From Bacillota bacterium (GTDB lineage Bacteria > Bacillota > Clostridia > Christensenellales > CAG-138): DNA of 64,000 nucleotides. The stretch spans positions 1,671-65,670 of the forward strand of contig JAEEKE010000131.1 in the NCBI GenBank assembly GCA_016282255.1. Reading direction: 5' to 3'. A program made the position numbers and the translations under genes. Shown here in pieces: positions 29,444 through 39,350 of this stretch. The stretch's first letter is position 1. Each line of letters opens with the position of its first letter. Below the pieces are notes generated by a model. That model searched no databases, was not told the origin of the DNA, and worked only from the letters and a program-made list of their open reading frames with translations.

Positions 29444-30580
29444 TCACATAAAATCGATCAGCACTTCGTTTTGAAAATCGAGGCCCTTTTCGGTAAGAAG
29501 CATTGCTTCGTCGGTAACGGTCATATTTCCGTTCAATATCGCCTGGTTCACTGCCTGGGCGTACTGCAGTACCGGATCGACGCCGAACCTTTTTTCAAAC
29601 GCGGCGCGATCCACGCCGTCGATCTTGCGCAGGCCGAGCATTACGCTTTCGAACATCTCTTCCTTTAGCGGTACGTCCTCGGTCTCGGCGATCGGCAGCC
29701 TGCCGTTGGCGGTATCGCTTATGTATTCGGAAAGCGAGGTTTTATCGGAGAACCGGACCCATTTACCGTTTGCGTGCAGTGCGGAATGTGCGTTGACGCC
29801 AAGGCCCAGATAATCGCCATTGTTCCAATAGTTGAGGTTATGCCTGCACCTAAAGCCCGGCTTTGCGAAATTGCTGATCTCGTATCTTTCATAGTCCAGG
29901 TCCTTCAACAGCCTGAAGCCGGCGTCCTCCATATCGGCCGTTTCATCATCATCGGGCAAAGTTACTCGTCCCGAAGAAACGTCTTCATAAAGCTGCGTTC
30001 CTTCTTCAAGAATAAGGGCGTATGAGGAGATATGCGCAGCTCCGAGATCGGAAGCGAGCCGGATCGAATCCAGATAGGAATCGACAGTCTGCAGCGGCAG
30101 ACCGTGCATTACGTCTACGTTTATATTCGTGAATCCGGCGCCCAGGGCAAGCTTGAAAGCTTCTATGAAGTTTTCCTTATTATGGATCCTGCCGATCGCT
30201 TCAAGCACGCGGTCGTCGGCGCTTTGCATCCCGATCGATATCCTGTTGACTCCTGCAGAAGCATAGTCGCTAAGTTTGGGGGAAGTAAGCGATTCCGGGT
30301 TGCATTCGATCGTTATCTCCGCGTCCGGCGCTATCGTAAAGCACGAGCGCGCTTCGGAGAGGATCCTTCCGATAAGGCCTTCGGGCAGCAGGGAAGGGGT
30401 GCCGCCTCCGATAAAGACGGTCTCAAACGTCCTGCCGCTCATGAGAGGGGAATGGAGCCGCATCTCCGTTATAAGCGCTGCGGTATATGGAAAGAAGTCG
30501 TCGTGACTCGCAAAGCTTACGAAGTCACAATAACGGCATTTCCTCTTGCAGAAAGGTATGTGGATATATAGACCTGCCAT
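29444..30580 (-). CDS. hemW: Radical SAM heme chaperone HemW
   Basis: LYIHIPFCKRKCRYCDF, GGGTPS, YEISNF, HNLNYW; overlaps the lepA stop (TGATG). Confidence 0.93.
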   Translation of the reverse strand: MAGLYIHIPFCKRKCRYCDFVSFASHDDFFPYTAALITEMRLHSPLMSGRTFETVFIGGGTPSLLPEGLIGRILSEARSCFTIAPDAEITIECNPESLTSPKLSDYASAGVNRISIGMQSADDRVLEAIGRIHNKENFIEAFKLALGAGFTNINVDVMHGLPLQTVDSYLDSIRLASDLGAAHISSYALILEEGTQLYEDVSSGRVTLPDDDETADMEDAGFRLLKDLDYERYEISNFAKPGFRCRHNLNYWNNGDYLGLGVNAHSALHANGKWVRFSDKTSLSEYISDTANGRLPIAETEDVPLKEEMFESVMLGLRKIDGVDRAAFEKRFGVDPVLQYAQAVNQAILNGNMTVTDEAMLLTEKGLDFQNEVLIDFM

Positions 30581-32382
30581 CAGTTTATGCGCAGCACGCT
30601 CATGAACGCTTCGCTCGGCAGCTCGACCGAACCGATCTGCCTCATGCGCTTCTTGCCTTCCTTCTGCTTTTCAAGCAGCTTCTTCTTTCTGGTGATATCG
30701 CCGCCATAGCATTTGGCAAGAACATCCTTTCTAAGTGCGCGAACGGTCTCCCTTGCGATGATCTTGCCGCCGATAGCCGCCTGGATGGGTATCTCGAACT
30801 GCTGGCGCGGGATGACCTCCTGCAGCTTTTCGGCGACGGCCCTGCCCTTTGCATAGGCCTTATCGCGATGGACGATCGTCGAAAGCGCGTCGCACATATC
30901 GCCGTTGAGCAGGAAATCGAGCTTGACGAGTTCGGAGGGCACGTAGCCGCTGATCTCGTAATCGAAGGAGGCATAGCCGCGGCTGCGGCTCTTGAGGCTG
31001 TCGAAATAGTCGAAGATGATCTCGTTGAGAGGGATCTGATATGTGAGCTTGACGCGCGTCTGCTCAAGATAGCTCATATCCTGAAAGATACCGCGCTTTT
31101 CCTGCGAAAGCTCCATTATGGTGCCGACGTATTCGGGCGGAGTCATGATATGCGCCTCGCACATCGGCTCCTCCATATGCTCTATATCATTGACGGAGGG
31201 GAGGTTTGCGGGGTTGTCGATCATCAGCACGCGGCCGTCGGTCATGATGACCTTATAGACGACGCTCGGCGCAGTCGTGACGAGGTCGAGATCGAACTCG
31301 CGCTCGAGCCTTTCCTGTGCGATCTCCATGTGCAGCAGACCGAGGAAACCGCAGCGGAAGCCGTAGCCAAGGGCCTGGCTCGTCTCGGGCTCGTAGCTGA
31401 TGGAAGCGTCGTTGAGTATCAGCTTTTCAAGCGCATCGCGCAGGTTCTCGTACTCCGCGCCGTCGGCGGGATAGATGCCGCAGAACACCATCGGGCTTGC
31501 CTGCTTGTAGCCGTGCAGGGGCTCCTTTGCGGGATTCAGCGCCAGCGTTATCGTATCGCCGACCTTCGTTTCCGCGACGGATTTGATCGAGGCGGAGATA
31601 TAGCCGACCTCGCCTGCGGAGAGCTCCGCGACCGGCTTGAGGGAGGGGGAGAACACGCCGACCTCAGTGACGTCGAATTCATTTCCGGTATGCATGAAAC
31701 GGATCCTGTCGCCCGTTCGTACGACGCCGTCCATTATCCTGACGTAGCTGAGCGCTCCCTTATAATTATCGTAATAGCTGTCGAAGATAAGCGCGCGCAG
31801 CGGAGCGCCCGGATCGCCCTTGGGGGCGGGGAAGTCCGTCACTATGCGCTCGAGCACGTCGCGCACGTTGAGCCCGGTCTTTGCCGATACCTGCGGAGCG
31901 TCCTCCGCGGGAAGGCCGATGATGTCCTCGATCTCGCGGATAGCGTTCTCGGGGTCGGCGGAGGGCAAGTCGATCTTATTGATGACCGGCAGGATCTCAA
32001 GCCCGTTGTCGACGGCGAGGTAGACGTTTGCAAGCGTCTGCGCCTCGATGCCCTGCGTTGCGTCAACGATAAGCACCGCGCCGTCGCATGCGGCCAGCGC
32101 GCGGCTCACCTCATAGGTAAAGTCCACGTGGCCGGGAGTGTCTATAAGATTCAGCATGTAGCGCTTGCCGTTCGAATGGTTATAGAACATCTGAACGGCG
32201 GTGGATTTTATGGTTATACCGCGTTCACGCTCGATATCCATCGAGTCCAGAAGCTGGTCGGCCATATCGCGGCTCGACACGGTTTCGGTTATCTCCATAA
32301 GGCGGTCGGCAAGGGTCGATTTGCCGTGGTCGATATGCGCTATTATGCAAAAGTTTCTGATCAGTTCCTTGGGGTATGGCAT
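30580..32382 (-). CDS. lepA: Elongation factor 4 (LepA)
   Basis: [41 protein letters not shown]. Confidence 0.99.
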   Translation of the reverse strand: MPYPKELIRNFCIIAHIDHGKSTLADRLMEITETVSSRDMADQLLDSMDIERERGITIKSTAVQMFYNHSNGKRYMLNLIDTPGHVDFTYEVSRALAACDGAVLIVDATQGIEAQTLANVYLAVDNGLEILPVINKIDLPSADPENAIREIEDIIGLPAEDAPQVSAKTGLNVRDVLERIVTDFPAPKGDPGAPLRALIFDSYYDNYKGALSYVRIMDGVVRTGDRIRFMHTGNEFDVTEVGVFSPSLKPVAELSAGEVGYISASIKSVAETKVGDTITLALNPAKEPLHGYKQASPMVFCGIYPADGAEYENLRDALEKLILNDASISYEPETSQALGYGFRCGFLGLLHMEIAQERLEREFDLDLVTTAPSVVYKVIMTDGRVLMIDNPANLPSVNDIEHMEEPMCEAHIMTPPEYVGTIMELSQEKRGIFQDMSYLEQTRVKLTYQIPLNEIIFDYFDSLKSRSRGYASFDYEISGYVPSELVKLDFLLNGDMCDALSTIVHRDKAYAKGRAVAEKLQEVIPRQQFEIPIQAAIGGKIIARETVRALRKDVLAKCYGGDITRKKKLLEKQKEGKKRMRQIGSVELPSEAFMSVLRIN

Positions 32383-32509
32383 TTATCCTCCGATGCCCTT
32401 TATGCATCCGTTATCGTTTTATGCTTTGCCGGAAATGGGGTCAGCCCGTCCCGCAGTATTTCCATTGAATTATACCATAACAGGGCGCCTTCGGCAAATA
32501 GATTATCTG

Positions 32510-32539
32510 CAAAAGGAAAGAGACGGCCCAGGCCGTCTC
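32510..32539 (-). terminator. Intrinsic terminator of rpsU
   Basis: GAGACGGCC / GGCCGTCTC inverted repeat followed on the minus strand by TTTCCTTTT. Confidence 0.7.
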
Positions 32540-32557
32540 CTGTGTTTCTGTATTAGA

Positions 32558-32728
32558 TTAATACTTGCGCTTCCTTGCAGCTTCGGCTTTCTTTTTACGC
32601 TTTACGCTGGGCTTCTCATAATGCTCGCGCTTTCTTGCATCGGCAAGGATACCGGAACGGGCGCATTTACGCTTCCAACGCTTGATGGCGCTCTCCAGAG
32701 ATTCATTTTCGCCAACTCGAATTTCCAT
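32558..32728 (-). CDS. rpsU: 30S ribosomal protein S21 (56 aa; not in the ORF track)
   Basis: Manual translation [56 protein letters not shown]; G-rich RBS. Confidence 0.97.
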   Translation of the reverse strand: MEIRVGENESLESAIKRWKRKCARSGILADARKREHYEKPSVKRKKKAEAARKRKY

Positions 32729-32801
32729 TTACAGTTTCCCCCCTCTCTCACGCGGGAATTACAGCTTACTGCCGAAAACGGCTTAAACCATTCGACAACA
32801 C

Positions 32802-32830
32802 ATTATAACCGCATCTTTGGTAATAGTCAA
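32802..32830 (-). promoter_or_regulatory. SigA promoter of rpsU
   Basis: Minus strand TTGACT-17 nt-TATAAT. Confidence 0.75.
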
Positions 32831-32918
32831 TATCAAAACCGGGATTTTACGGAAATAGTTCAAATATACTATCAAAGCGGAACGAGTATTGAGAGGGTTC
32901 GAAAAAGGCTGTTGAGAA

Positions 32919-32947
32919 TTGACAATAATGCGCTGAATTGTTATAAT
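32919..32947 (+). promoter_or_regulatory. Consensus SigA promoter of the E2-like/acyl-CoA ligase unit
   Basis: TTGACA-17 nt-TATAAT with extended TG. Confidence 0.85.
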
Positions 32948-33003
32948 CTCTCTGTTTGCGGGCCCCAAAAAACAATCCTATCGGTCCGCAGGGGGAGGTT
33001 CAT

Positions 33004-33888
33004 TTGGAAACAGAAAGAAAACGCAGGCGCGGAGACCGCAAGGATGCATACCTTCTTCGTGATCTCGATTCGATGCACAAGTTCATGGCCTATCTGCTTC
33101 CCAACAGATGCGATAACGAAGCGGTCATGAGCGAGCTTGTCGATCTGACGGCGATAAACGAATACCTTGAGATGAAGAATGCCTCTGATCCGGAATTCAA
33201 ATACACGCTGTTCCACGTGCTGTGCGCGGCGATCGTCAAGACCATCGCACTGCGGCCGAGCCTTAACTGGTTCATCGCGGGCAACAGGATCTACGAACGC
33301 AAGGCGCTCAGCATATCTTTTATCGTAAAGAAGCAATTTGAAGATCACGCATACGAAGCGCTCGCGATCTTTGACATAGATAAGGAAGGCGCTTCTCCCA
33401 TCGACCAGATCCACGATAAGGTCGAGAAATTCGTCACCGACGTCCGCAAAAACAACGTAGTCGACGGCACGACCGACACCATGGACACGCTCACCAGTCT
33501 GCCAAGGCCTATCCTAAGGCTTGTCGTCAAGCTTCTGATGTGGCTCGATTATCACGGCTGGGTACCCCGCAGCATCACGAAGGACGATCCCTATAACTCC
33601 TCCGTCTTCGTTACTAATCTCGGCAGCATCAAGATGCACGCAAGCTATCATCACCTCACGAACTGGGGCACGAATTCGCTGTTCGCGATCATCGACGAAA
33701 AGCATCTGCATCCGTTCTTCGGTCCCGACGGCAGTGCCAATATGCGTGAGGCGCTTCGCCTCGGACTGACGGCCGACGAAAGGATAGCCGACGGCGTTTA
33801 TTTCGCAAAGAGCGTCCGGCTGCTTAAAAAACTGACCGAGAACCCCGAGCTGCTCGATCTTCCGATCGAAACACCCGTTGATTATTGA
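33004..33888 (+). CDS. Stand-alone 2-oxoacid dehydrogenase E2-like acyltransferase catalytic domain protein
   Basis: TTG start after GGAGG; VTNLGSI and LTADERIADG match the E2 core; no lipoyl or E3-binding domain. Confidence 0.75.
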   Translation: METERKRRRGDRKDAYLLRDLDSMHKFMAYLLPNRCDNEAVMSELVDLTAINEYLEMKNASDPEFKYTLFHVLCAAIVKTIALRPSLNWFIAGNRIYERKALSISFIVKKQFEDHAYEALAIFDIDKEGASPIDQIHDKVEKFVTDVRKNNVVDGTTDTMDTLTSLPRPILRLVVKLLMWLDYHGWVPRSITKDDPYNSSVFVTNLGSIKMHASYHHLTNWGTNSLFAIIDEKHLHPFFGPDGSANMREALRLGLTADERIADGVYFAKSVRLLKKLTENPELLDLPIETPVDY

Positions 33889-33929
33889 TCATTATCATTC
33901 ATCATAATTATTTATAAGGAATCATAACA

Positions 33930-35669
33930 ATGGAAGCCATTCATATCAACAAGCCCGAACCCGAAGCGCCGTGGCTTAAATACTACGGCGAAGTACCTTT
34001 TCACCTTGATTACCCGGACTACAGCATCAGCGACGCTGTTATAGAATCCTCGAAACGTCTGCCTGATTTCACCGCTGTCTCCTTTATGGGGAAGAAGTTT
34101 TCCTATAAAACGCTCGCTAAGAAGATCGACGAAGCCGCCGCCGGTTTTATTGCGCTCGGCGTCAGGAAGGGCGACGCCGTCACCATCTGCATGCCGAACG
34201 TTCCTCAGGCGGTCTTCTGCATGTATGCGCTGAACAGGATCGGAGCTATCGCAAGCATGATCCATCCGCTTTCGGCTGTGGGCGAGATCGTTCATTATCT
34301 CGGCGAAGTCAACAGCAGGATCATAATGACGCTCGATCAGTTCTATTCCAAGATCGCCGAAGTCGAGGAGCAGTATGAGCTCGATAAGGTGCTCATCACC
34401 TCTGCGGCCGATGAGCTCGGTTTCGTCAAGAGCACCGCCTTCAAAGCTATGAATGCAAAGAAGAACAGGGTCGATAAGGCCGACGCAAGAGTCGTGCTCT
34501 GGAACAGCTTCATCAAGGCAGGCAGATCCGTCGAGCTTGAAAAGCACCTTGTTAAATCAAAGGGAAACGACCCTGCCGTCGTACTGTTTTCCGGCGGTAC
34601 CACCGGCGTGACCAAAGGCATATCTTTGAGCAATCTCAATTTCAATGCCCTCGGCCTGCAGACCGGCGCGATGTGCCACAAGGAGATCCTCAAATCCCGT
34701 ATGCTGGCCGCGATGCCCATCTTCCACGGCTTCGGCCTGGGCGTTTGTATCCATACCATGCTCGAGGTCGGAGGCACGAGCATACTCGTTCCGCAGTTCA
34801 ACGTCAAGAAATACGCCGATCTTATCAAAAAGGAGAAACCGCATTACATCGCCGGCGTACCCACCCTGTTTGAAGCGATCACGCGCAATCCGTATCTTGA
34901 CGGCGTCAAGCTCGATTTCCTGCGCGGCGTCTTTTCGGGCGGCGATTCGCTTTCTGTAGAGCTCAAGCGCCGTTTCGACGCCTTCCTTGAGGCGCACGGA
35001 GCAACCGTTCATGTGCGCGAGGGGTACGGCACCACCGAATGCGTCACCGCCAGCTGCCTGACCCCCTATACCGAGGAGCGCGAAGGGAGCATCGGCCTGC
35101 CTTTCCCGGACACCTATTACAAGATCTGCGCCGTAGGATCAAACGACGAGGTCAATTACGGCGAGCTCGGTGAGATCTGCCTGCGCGGACCTTCGGTCAT
35201 GCTCGGGTATCTCAACCATCCCGAGGAAAACGCAAATACCCTTCGCATGCACTCCGACGGCTATATCTGGCTGCATACGGGTGATCTCGGCAGTATGGAT
35301 CCCGATGGCTTTATCTATTTCAAGCAGAGGATAAAGCGAATGATCGTCACGAGCGGATACAACGTGTATCCTTCCCAGCTCGAGAATATAATCGACGGCC
35401 ACGAGGCGGTCCAAATGAGCTGTGTAGTCGGCGTCAAGGATTCGTACAAGATGCAGAAGGTGCTTGCCTTCGTCGTTCCGAAGTCCGGATACGAGCCCTC
35501 CGAGGAGCTTAGGCAGCAGATACTCGCTTACTGCAGGAAGCATATTGCAAAGTACGCAATGCCCTATACCATAGAATTCCGGTCTGAGCTCCCCAAGACT
35601 CTGGTCGGTAAGATAGCCTATACCGTCCTCGAAAAGGAAGCGAACGAAGCTGCGGAGCAAAATGTATAA
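33930..35669 (+). CDS. Long-chain fatty acid-CoA ligase (ANL adenylation family)
   Basis: FSGGTTGVTKG, EGYGTTE, LHTGDLG, SGYNVYP, LPKTLVGK. Confidence 0.92.
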   Translation: MEAIHINKPEPEAPWLKYYGEVPFHLDYPDYSISDAVIESSKRLPDFTAVSFMGKKFSYKTLAKKIDEAAAGFIALGVRKGDAVTICMPNVPQAVFCMYALNRIGAIASMIHPLSAVGEIVHYLGEVNSRIIMTLDQFYSKIAEVEEQYELDKVLITSAADELGFVKSTAFKAMNAKKNRVDKADARVVLWNSFIKAGRSVELEKHLVKSKGNDPAVVLFSGGTTGVTKGISLSNLNFNALGLQTGAMCHKEILKSRMLAAMPIFHGFGLGVCIHTMLEVGGTSILVPQFNVKKYADLIKKEKPHYIAGVPTLFEAITRNPYLDGVKLDFLRGVFSGGDSLSVELKRRFDAFLEAHGATVHVREGYGTTECVTASCLTPYTEEREGSIGLPFPDTYYKICAVGSNDEVNYGELGEICLRGPSVMLGYLNHPEENANTLRMHSDGYIWLHTGDLGSMDPDGFIYFKQRIKRMIVTSGYNVYPSQLENIIDGHEAVQMSCVVGVKDSYKMQKVLAFVVPKSGYEPSEELRQQILAYCRKHIAKYAMPYTIEFRSELPKTLVGKIAYTVLEKEANEAAEQNV

Positions 35670-35770
35670 AAAAGTATATACATTTTCGGCTGCCTATGCT
35701 ATAATATTATAAACCGAATCCGGCGAGCCGGAATCGGCTGCCGAAATATAAACGAAAGGATAATACGAAC

Positions 35771-36268
35771 ATGAAGTGTCCCATCTGCGGAAAGGAAAGC
35801 GAAGGGAACGAGCGTTTCTGCACCGAATGCGGCGCTAAGCTCGAACCGTCAGCAGAACCCAAACCTCCCGAGAAGACCGAACCGGTCGTAAAGCCCGAAC
35901 AGCCCCCCGCAGCGCCCACCGCGCCCAAGCCCGTTCCGGCACCCTATGTCAACACCGCAGCCGCCGGTACCAAGCCCGTTAAGGAAAAGGTCAAGAGGGA
36001 TATGTCCCCGTGCAAGCCCCTTTCCACTTGGTCCTTCGTCTGGCGCAGCCTGCTCTTCATGATCCCCGTCATCGGCATCATATTCATGTTTGTCTTTGCA
36101 TACTCCAAGGGCATCAATGAAAACAGCAAGTCGCATGCAAGGTCCTGGCTCATCTTCCTGCTCATCGCCGTGATCATTCTGATAGCGGGCGGCGTGCTCT
36201 GCTATATCTTCCGTGAGCCCGTGCTTGAGTGGATCAGGACTTTTCTCAGGAACTTTTTAAGCGAATAA
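35771..36268 (+). CDS. Zinc-ribbon domain membrane protein
   Basis: CPICG...FCTECG, Pro-rich linker, two TM helices. Confidence 0.8.
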   Translation: MKCPICGKESEGNERFCTECGAKLEPSAEPKPPEKTEPVVKPEQPPAAPTAPKPVPAPYVNTAAAGTKPVKEKVKRDMSPCKPLSTWSFVWRSLLFMIPVIGIIFMFVFAYSKGINENSKSHARSWLIFLLIAVIILIAGGVLCYIFREPVLEWIRTFLRNFLSE

Positions 36269-36280
36269 ACCGATAAGACC

Positions 36281-36313
36281 GAAAGCGCCGGCGCAAAACC
36301 GGCGTTTTCTTTT
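36281..36313 (+). terminator. Intrinsic terminator
   Basis: GAAAGCGCCGG / CCGGCGTTTTC followed by T run. Confidence 0.7.
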
Positions 36314-36330
36314 ATATTACCTCCCGACGG

Positions 36331-36359
36331 TTTACACGGATATTCGTTTATGTTATAAT
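36331..36359 (+). promoter_or_regulatory. SigA promoter of arcA
   Basis: TTTACA-17 nt-TATAAT with extended TG. Confidence 0.7.
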
Positions 36360-36404
36360 GCAGTGGATAAAGAAGCACATCGCTTTCATAAACGGAGGAA
36401 ATAC

Positions 36405-37622
36405 ATGAGCGGCTTTATAAACGTTAAGTCCGAGATAGGCAGGCTCAGGCGCGTCATGCTGCACCGTCCCGGCATAGAATTGAGCAATCTTATTCCGGAT
36501 TATCTCGAGCGCATGCTCGCAGAGGACACGCCCGACGTAAGAAGGGCCGGGGAAGAGCACGACGTATTCGCAAACATACTTCGCTCCAACGGCGTTGACG
36601 TCGTCTATATCGAGGATCTGTTCACGGACGTCGTGAAGGATCCCGAAGTCAAGAACGCGTTCATTGACGATTTCGTTTCCCTCGGCGTGCCCGGGCTCAG
36701 CCTTGCAGCTGCTATAAGGGAGTATCTTCGCTCCGTTCCGGCCGAGATGCTCTTTGATACGGTCGCTAAGGGCATAACCAGGAACGACCTTGACGGGCTT
36801 GATAAGAAGCCGATCCAGTACTACGTTAAGGAGGATTATCCCTTCCTTACCGATCCTCTGCCGAATATCTATTTCACCCGCGATATAAGCTTCAGCCTCG
36901 GCACCGGCATCGCCATATCCGCCATGTGCATGCCCGCCAGAATGAGGGAGACGCTCTTCATCCGCTATATCCACAAGCATCATCCGCTGTTCGGCAAGGG
37001 CAGCGTCGATCTGCTCTATGACTATAACTGCGGCGACGGCATCGAGGGTGGAGACGTCCTGTCCCTTTCGGATAAATGCGTCGCCATAGGCAGCGGCGAG
37101 AGGACGACCGTAGCGGCTGTCGAGAGGCTTTCCAAGACACTGTTCGATCGCGGGTACGAGAATGTCCTGCTCTTCAAGAACCCCAACACGCGCACCTATA
37201 TGCATCTCGACGTGCTTATGACGCATATAGATTATAATAAGTTCCTGGCGCACCCCTGCATCGCTCACAAGTGGTTCGACGTTTACGAGATCACTCCTTC
37301 CGCCAACGGTGAACTGAAGGTCTCGCTGACTACCGATCCTGTAGAAAAGATCCTCGAGCGCGCGCTCGGCTTGGATGAAGTCAGGTTCGTTGAAGTCGCA
37401 GGCGGCGATCCGATCCAGTACAGGCGCGAGCATTGGAACATGGGTGCGAATTCGCTTGCGATGGCGCCCGGCAGCATCATAACCTATGACCGCAACGTCA
37501 TCACCAACGAGCTTATCGATAAAGCGGGCGTCAAGGTCAGTCCTATCCCCGGCGGCGAACTGAGCCGCGGCAGGGGAGGCCCCCGCTGCATGAGCATGCC
37601 GATGCTCAGGGACGATATCTGA
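36405..37622 (+). CDS. arcA: Arginine deiminase
   Basis: SEIGRL, HRPG, YFTRD, EGGD, MHLD, ELSRGRGGPRCMSMP; GGAGG RBS. Confidence 0.93.
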   Translation: MSGFINVKSEIGRLRRVMLHRPGIELSNLIPDYLERMLAEDTPDVRRAGEEHDVFANILRSNGVDVVYIEDLFTDVVKDPEVKNAFIDDFVSLGVPGLSLAAAIREYLRSVPAEMLFDTVAKGITRNDLDGLDKKPIQYYVKEDYPFLTDPLPNIYFTRDISFSLGTGIAISAMCMPARMRETLFIRYIHKHHPLFGKGSVDLLYDYNCGDGIEGGDVLSLSDKCVAIGSGERTTVAAVERLSKTLFDRGYENVLLFKNPNTRTYMHLDVLMTHIDYNKFLAHPCIAHKWFDVYEITPSANGELKVSLTTDPVEKILERALGLDEVRFVEVAGGDPIQYRREHWNMGANSLAMAPGSIITYDRNVITNELIDKAGVKVSPIPGGELSRGRGGPRCMSMPMLRDDI

Positions 37623-37636
37623 TCCGGCCATGATAC

Positions 37637-37669
37637 CGGGCCGCTGCCATAAGGAAGCGGTCCGTTTTT
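37637..37669 (+). terminator. Intrinsic terminator after arcA
   Basis: CGGGCCGCT / AGCGGTCCG followed by T5. Confidence 0.7.
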
Positions 37670-37786
37670 ATGCCCTAAAACGCATAAAAAGCAGAAAAAA
37701 GGCAAATAACATTTTGGTTATTGTATTGATCCTGCTGTTTTGATATAATAATTTCAATGGTATTTTTCAAAACAACGAGGCGTCGG

Positions 37787-38452
37787 ATGAAGGATTTCAG
37801 CGTATTCGATATCATAGGACCCAGAATGGTCGGGCCGTCAAGCTCGCATACCGCCGGCGCGGTAAGGATCGGCAGCGTCGCGCACAGGCTTATAAGCGGC
37901 GAACATATCAAGCAGGCCGATATAATCCTTTACGGCTCTTTCGCCGAAACGGGTTACGGTCACGGCACCGACAGGGCCGTGCTGGCAGGTATCCTCGGGA
38001 TCGAGCCCGACGACCCGCGCGTGCGCTATTCCTTCCTGCTTGCGAAAAGCGAAGGCATCGAATTCAGCGTCTGTAGAAGCGAGGAGGATACGAATCATCC
38101 CAATACCGCAAGGATCAAAGTCGTTTCCGAAAGCGGCCGGAGCTTCTCTCTGCTCGGCGCATCGGTCGGCGGAGGCAATATAGAGATACAGGAGATCAAT
38201 GGGATGCAGGTATCGTTTACCGGCGATTATCCCACGCTGATCATGTTCTATAAGGACGCGCCCGGCGCCATATCGTCCGTTACGGCGATACTTGCCGAAG
38301 AACAAATAAACGTTGCGTTCATGAAAGTGTTCAGAAACGCTAAGCGCATGGACGCATGCATGGTCATTGAGACCGACGCGCCGATCCCCGATGAAACGGT
38401 CGCCAGGATCAGGAGCCGCGTAGGCAGCACGAAGGAGATCTGCACGCTATGA
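37787..38452 (+). CDS. sdaAB: L-serine dehydratase, Fe-S dependent, beta subunit
   Basis: FDIIGPRMVGPSSSHTAGA, GHGTDRA, HPNT, SVGGG; C-terminal ACT domain. Confidence 0.95.
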   Translation: MKDFSVFDIIGPRMVGPSSSHTAGAVRIGSVAHRLISGEHIKQADIILYGSFAETGYGHGTDRAVLAGILGIEPDDPRVRYSFLLAKSEGIEFSVCRSEEDTNHPNTARIKVVSESGRSFSLLGASVGGGNIEIQEINGMQVSFTGDYPTLIMFYKDAPGAISSVTAILAEEQINVAFMKVFRNAKRMDACMVIETDAPIPDETVARIRSRVGSTKEICTL

Positions 38453-39324
38453 GTTACGCATTCACAACGGGAGAGGAGCTTATCGCGCTCTGCGAAAATG
38501 AAAAGCTGACCATCGCCGAGGTCATGATCCGGCATGAGATGGAGACCAGCGAGAGGGACAGGAACGATCTTGTCAACGAAATGTTCCTCAACCTTATGAC
38601 GATGCAGGAATCCATCAAGATCGGCTTTGAAGAGGATCAGGAAACGATGACCGGGCTTGCGGGGAACAATGCCGAAAAGCTGCTCGCCTATGCCGATAAG
38701 GCCAATATGGGCCCCGCGATGGCCAGGATCTGCGCCGCTGCGATCGCGGTCGCAGAGGTCAACGCTTCAATGGGAAAGATCGTCGCTGCGCCGACAGCGG
38801 GTTCGAGCGGAGTCATTCCCGCAGTGCTCGTTATGTGCTGCGAGAAACACGGTTTTACCGACAGGGACCTTGTAAACGGCCTGTTCACAGCCGGCGCCGT
38901 CGGCGTCATAATCGCGAGGAACGCAAGCATCTCCGGCGCGGAAGGCGGCTGTCAGGCCGAGATCGGCACCGCATCCGCAATGGCCGCCGCTGCTTTGACC
39001 GAGATGTGCGGCGCATCCCCGCGCGCGGCGCTCTCCGCCGCCGCTATGGCGCTCAAAAACATTCTCGGCCTCGTTTGCGATCCGGTCGCCGGACTTGTGG
39101 AATGCCCGTGCATCAAACGCAACGCTATGGGCGCCGCCAACGCAGTGCTTTGCTCGGATATGGCGCTTGCCGGAGTTGAGAGCATAATCCCATTCGACGA
39201 AGTAGTTTCCGCTATGCGCAGCGTCGGCAGAATGATGAACGTAGATCTGCGCGAGACCGCTAAGGGCGGCCTTGCCGTCACTCCCACTGCGCTTGAAATA
39301 GCAAAGCGCATTCACGTTGAGTGA
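38449..39324 (+). CDS. sdaAA: L-serine dehydratase, Fe-S dependent, alpha subunit
   Basis: APTAGSSG, SGAEGGCQAE, GLVCDPVAGLVECPC, RETAKGGLA. Confidence 0.95.
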   Translation: MSYAFTTGEELIALCENEKLTIAEVMIRHEMETSERDRNDLVNEMFLNLMTMQESIKIGFEEDQETMTGLAGNNAEKLLAYADKANMGPAMARICAAAIAVAEVNASMGKIVAAPTAGSSGVIPAVLVMCCEKHGFTDRDLVNGLFTAGAVGVIIARNASISGAEGGCQAEIGTASAMAAAALTEMCGASPRAALSAAAMALKNILGLVCDPVAGLVECPCIKRNAMGAANAVLCSDMALAGVESIIPFDEVVSAMRSVGRMMNVDLRETAKGGLAVTPTALEIAKRIHVE

Positions 39325-39350
39325 AAAGTAAAAAGCAAACCTGCTGAGAT

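Noticed and set aside
30487-32556. 689-aa ORF antisense to lepA
   Set aside because: Shadow frame of a conserved, GC3-biased gene; no protein motifs.
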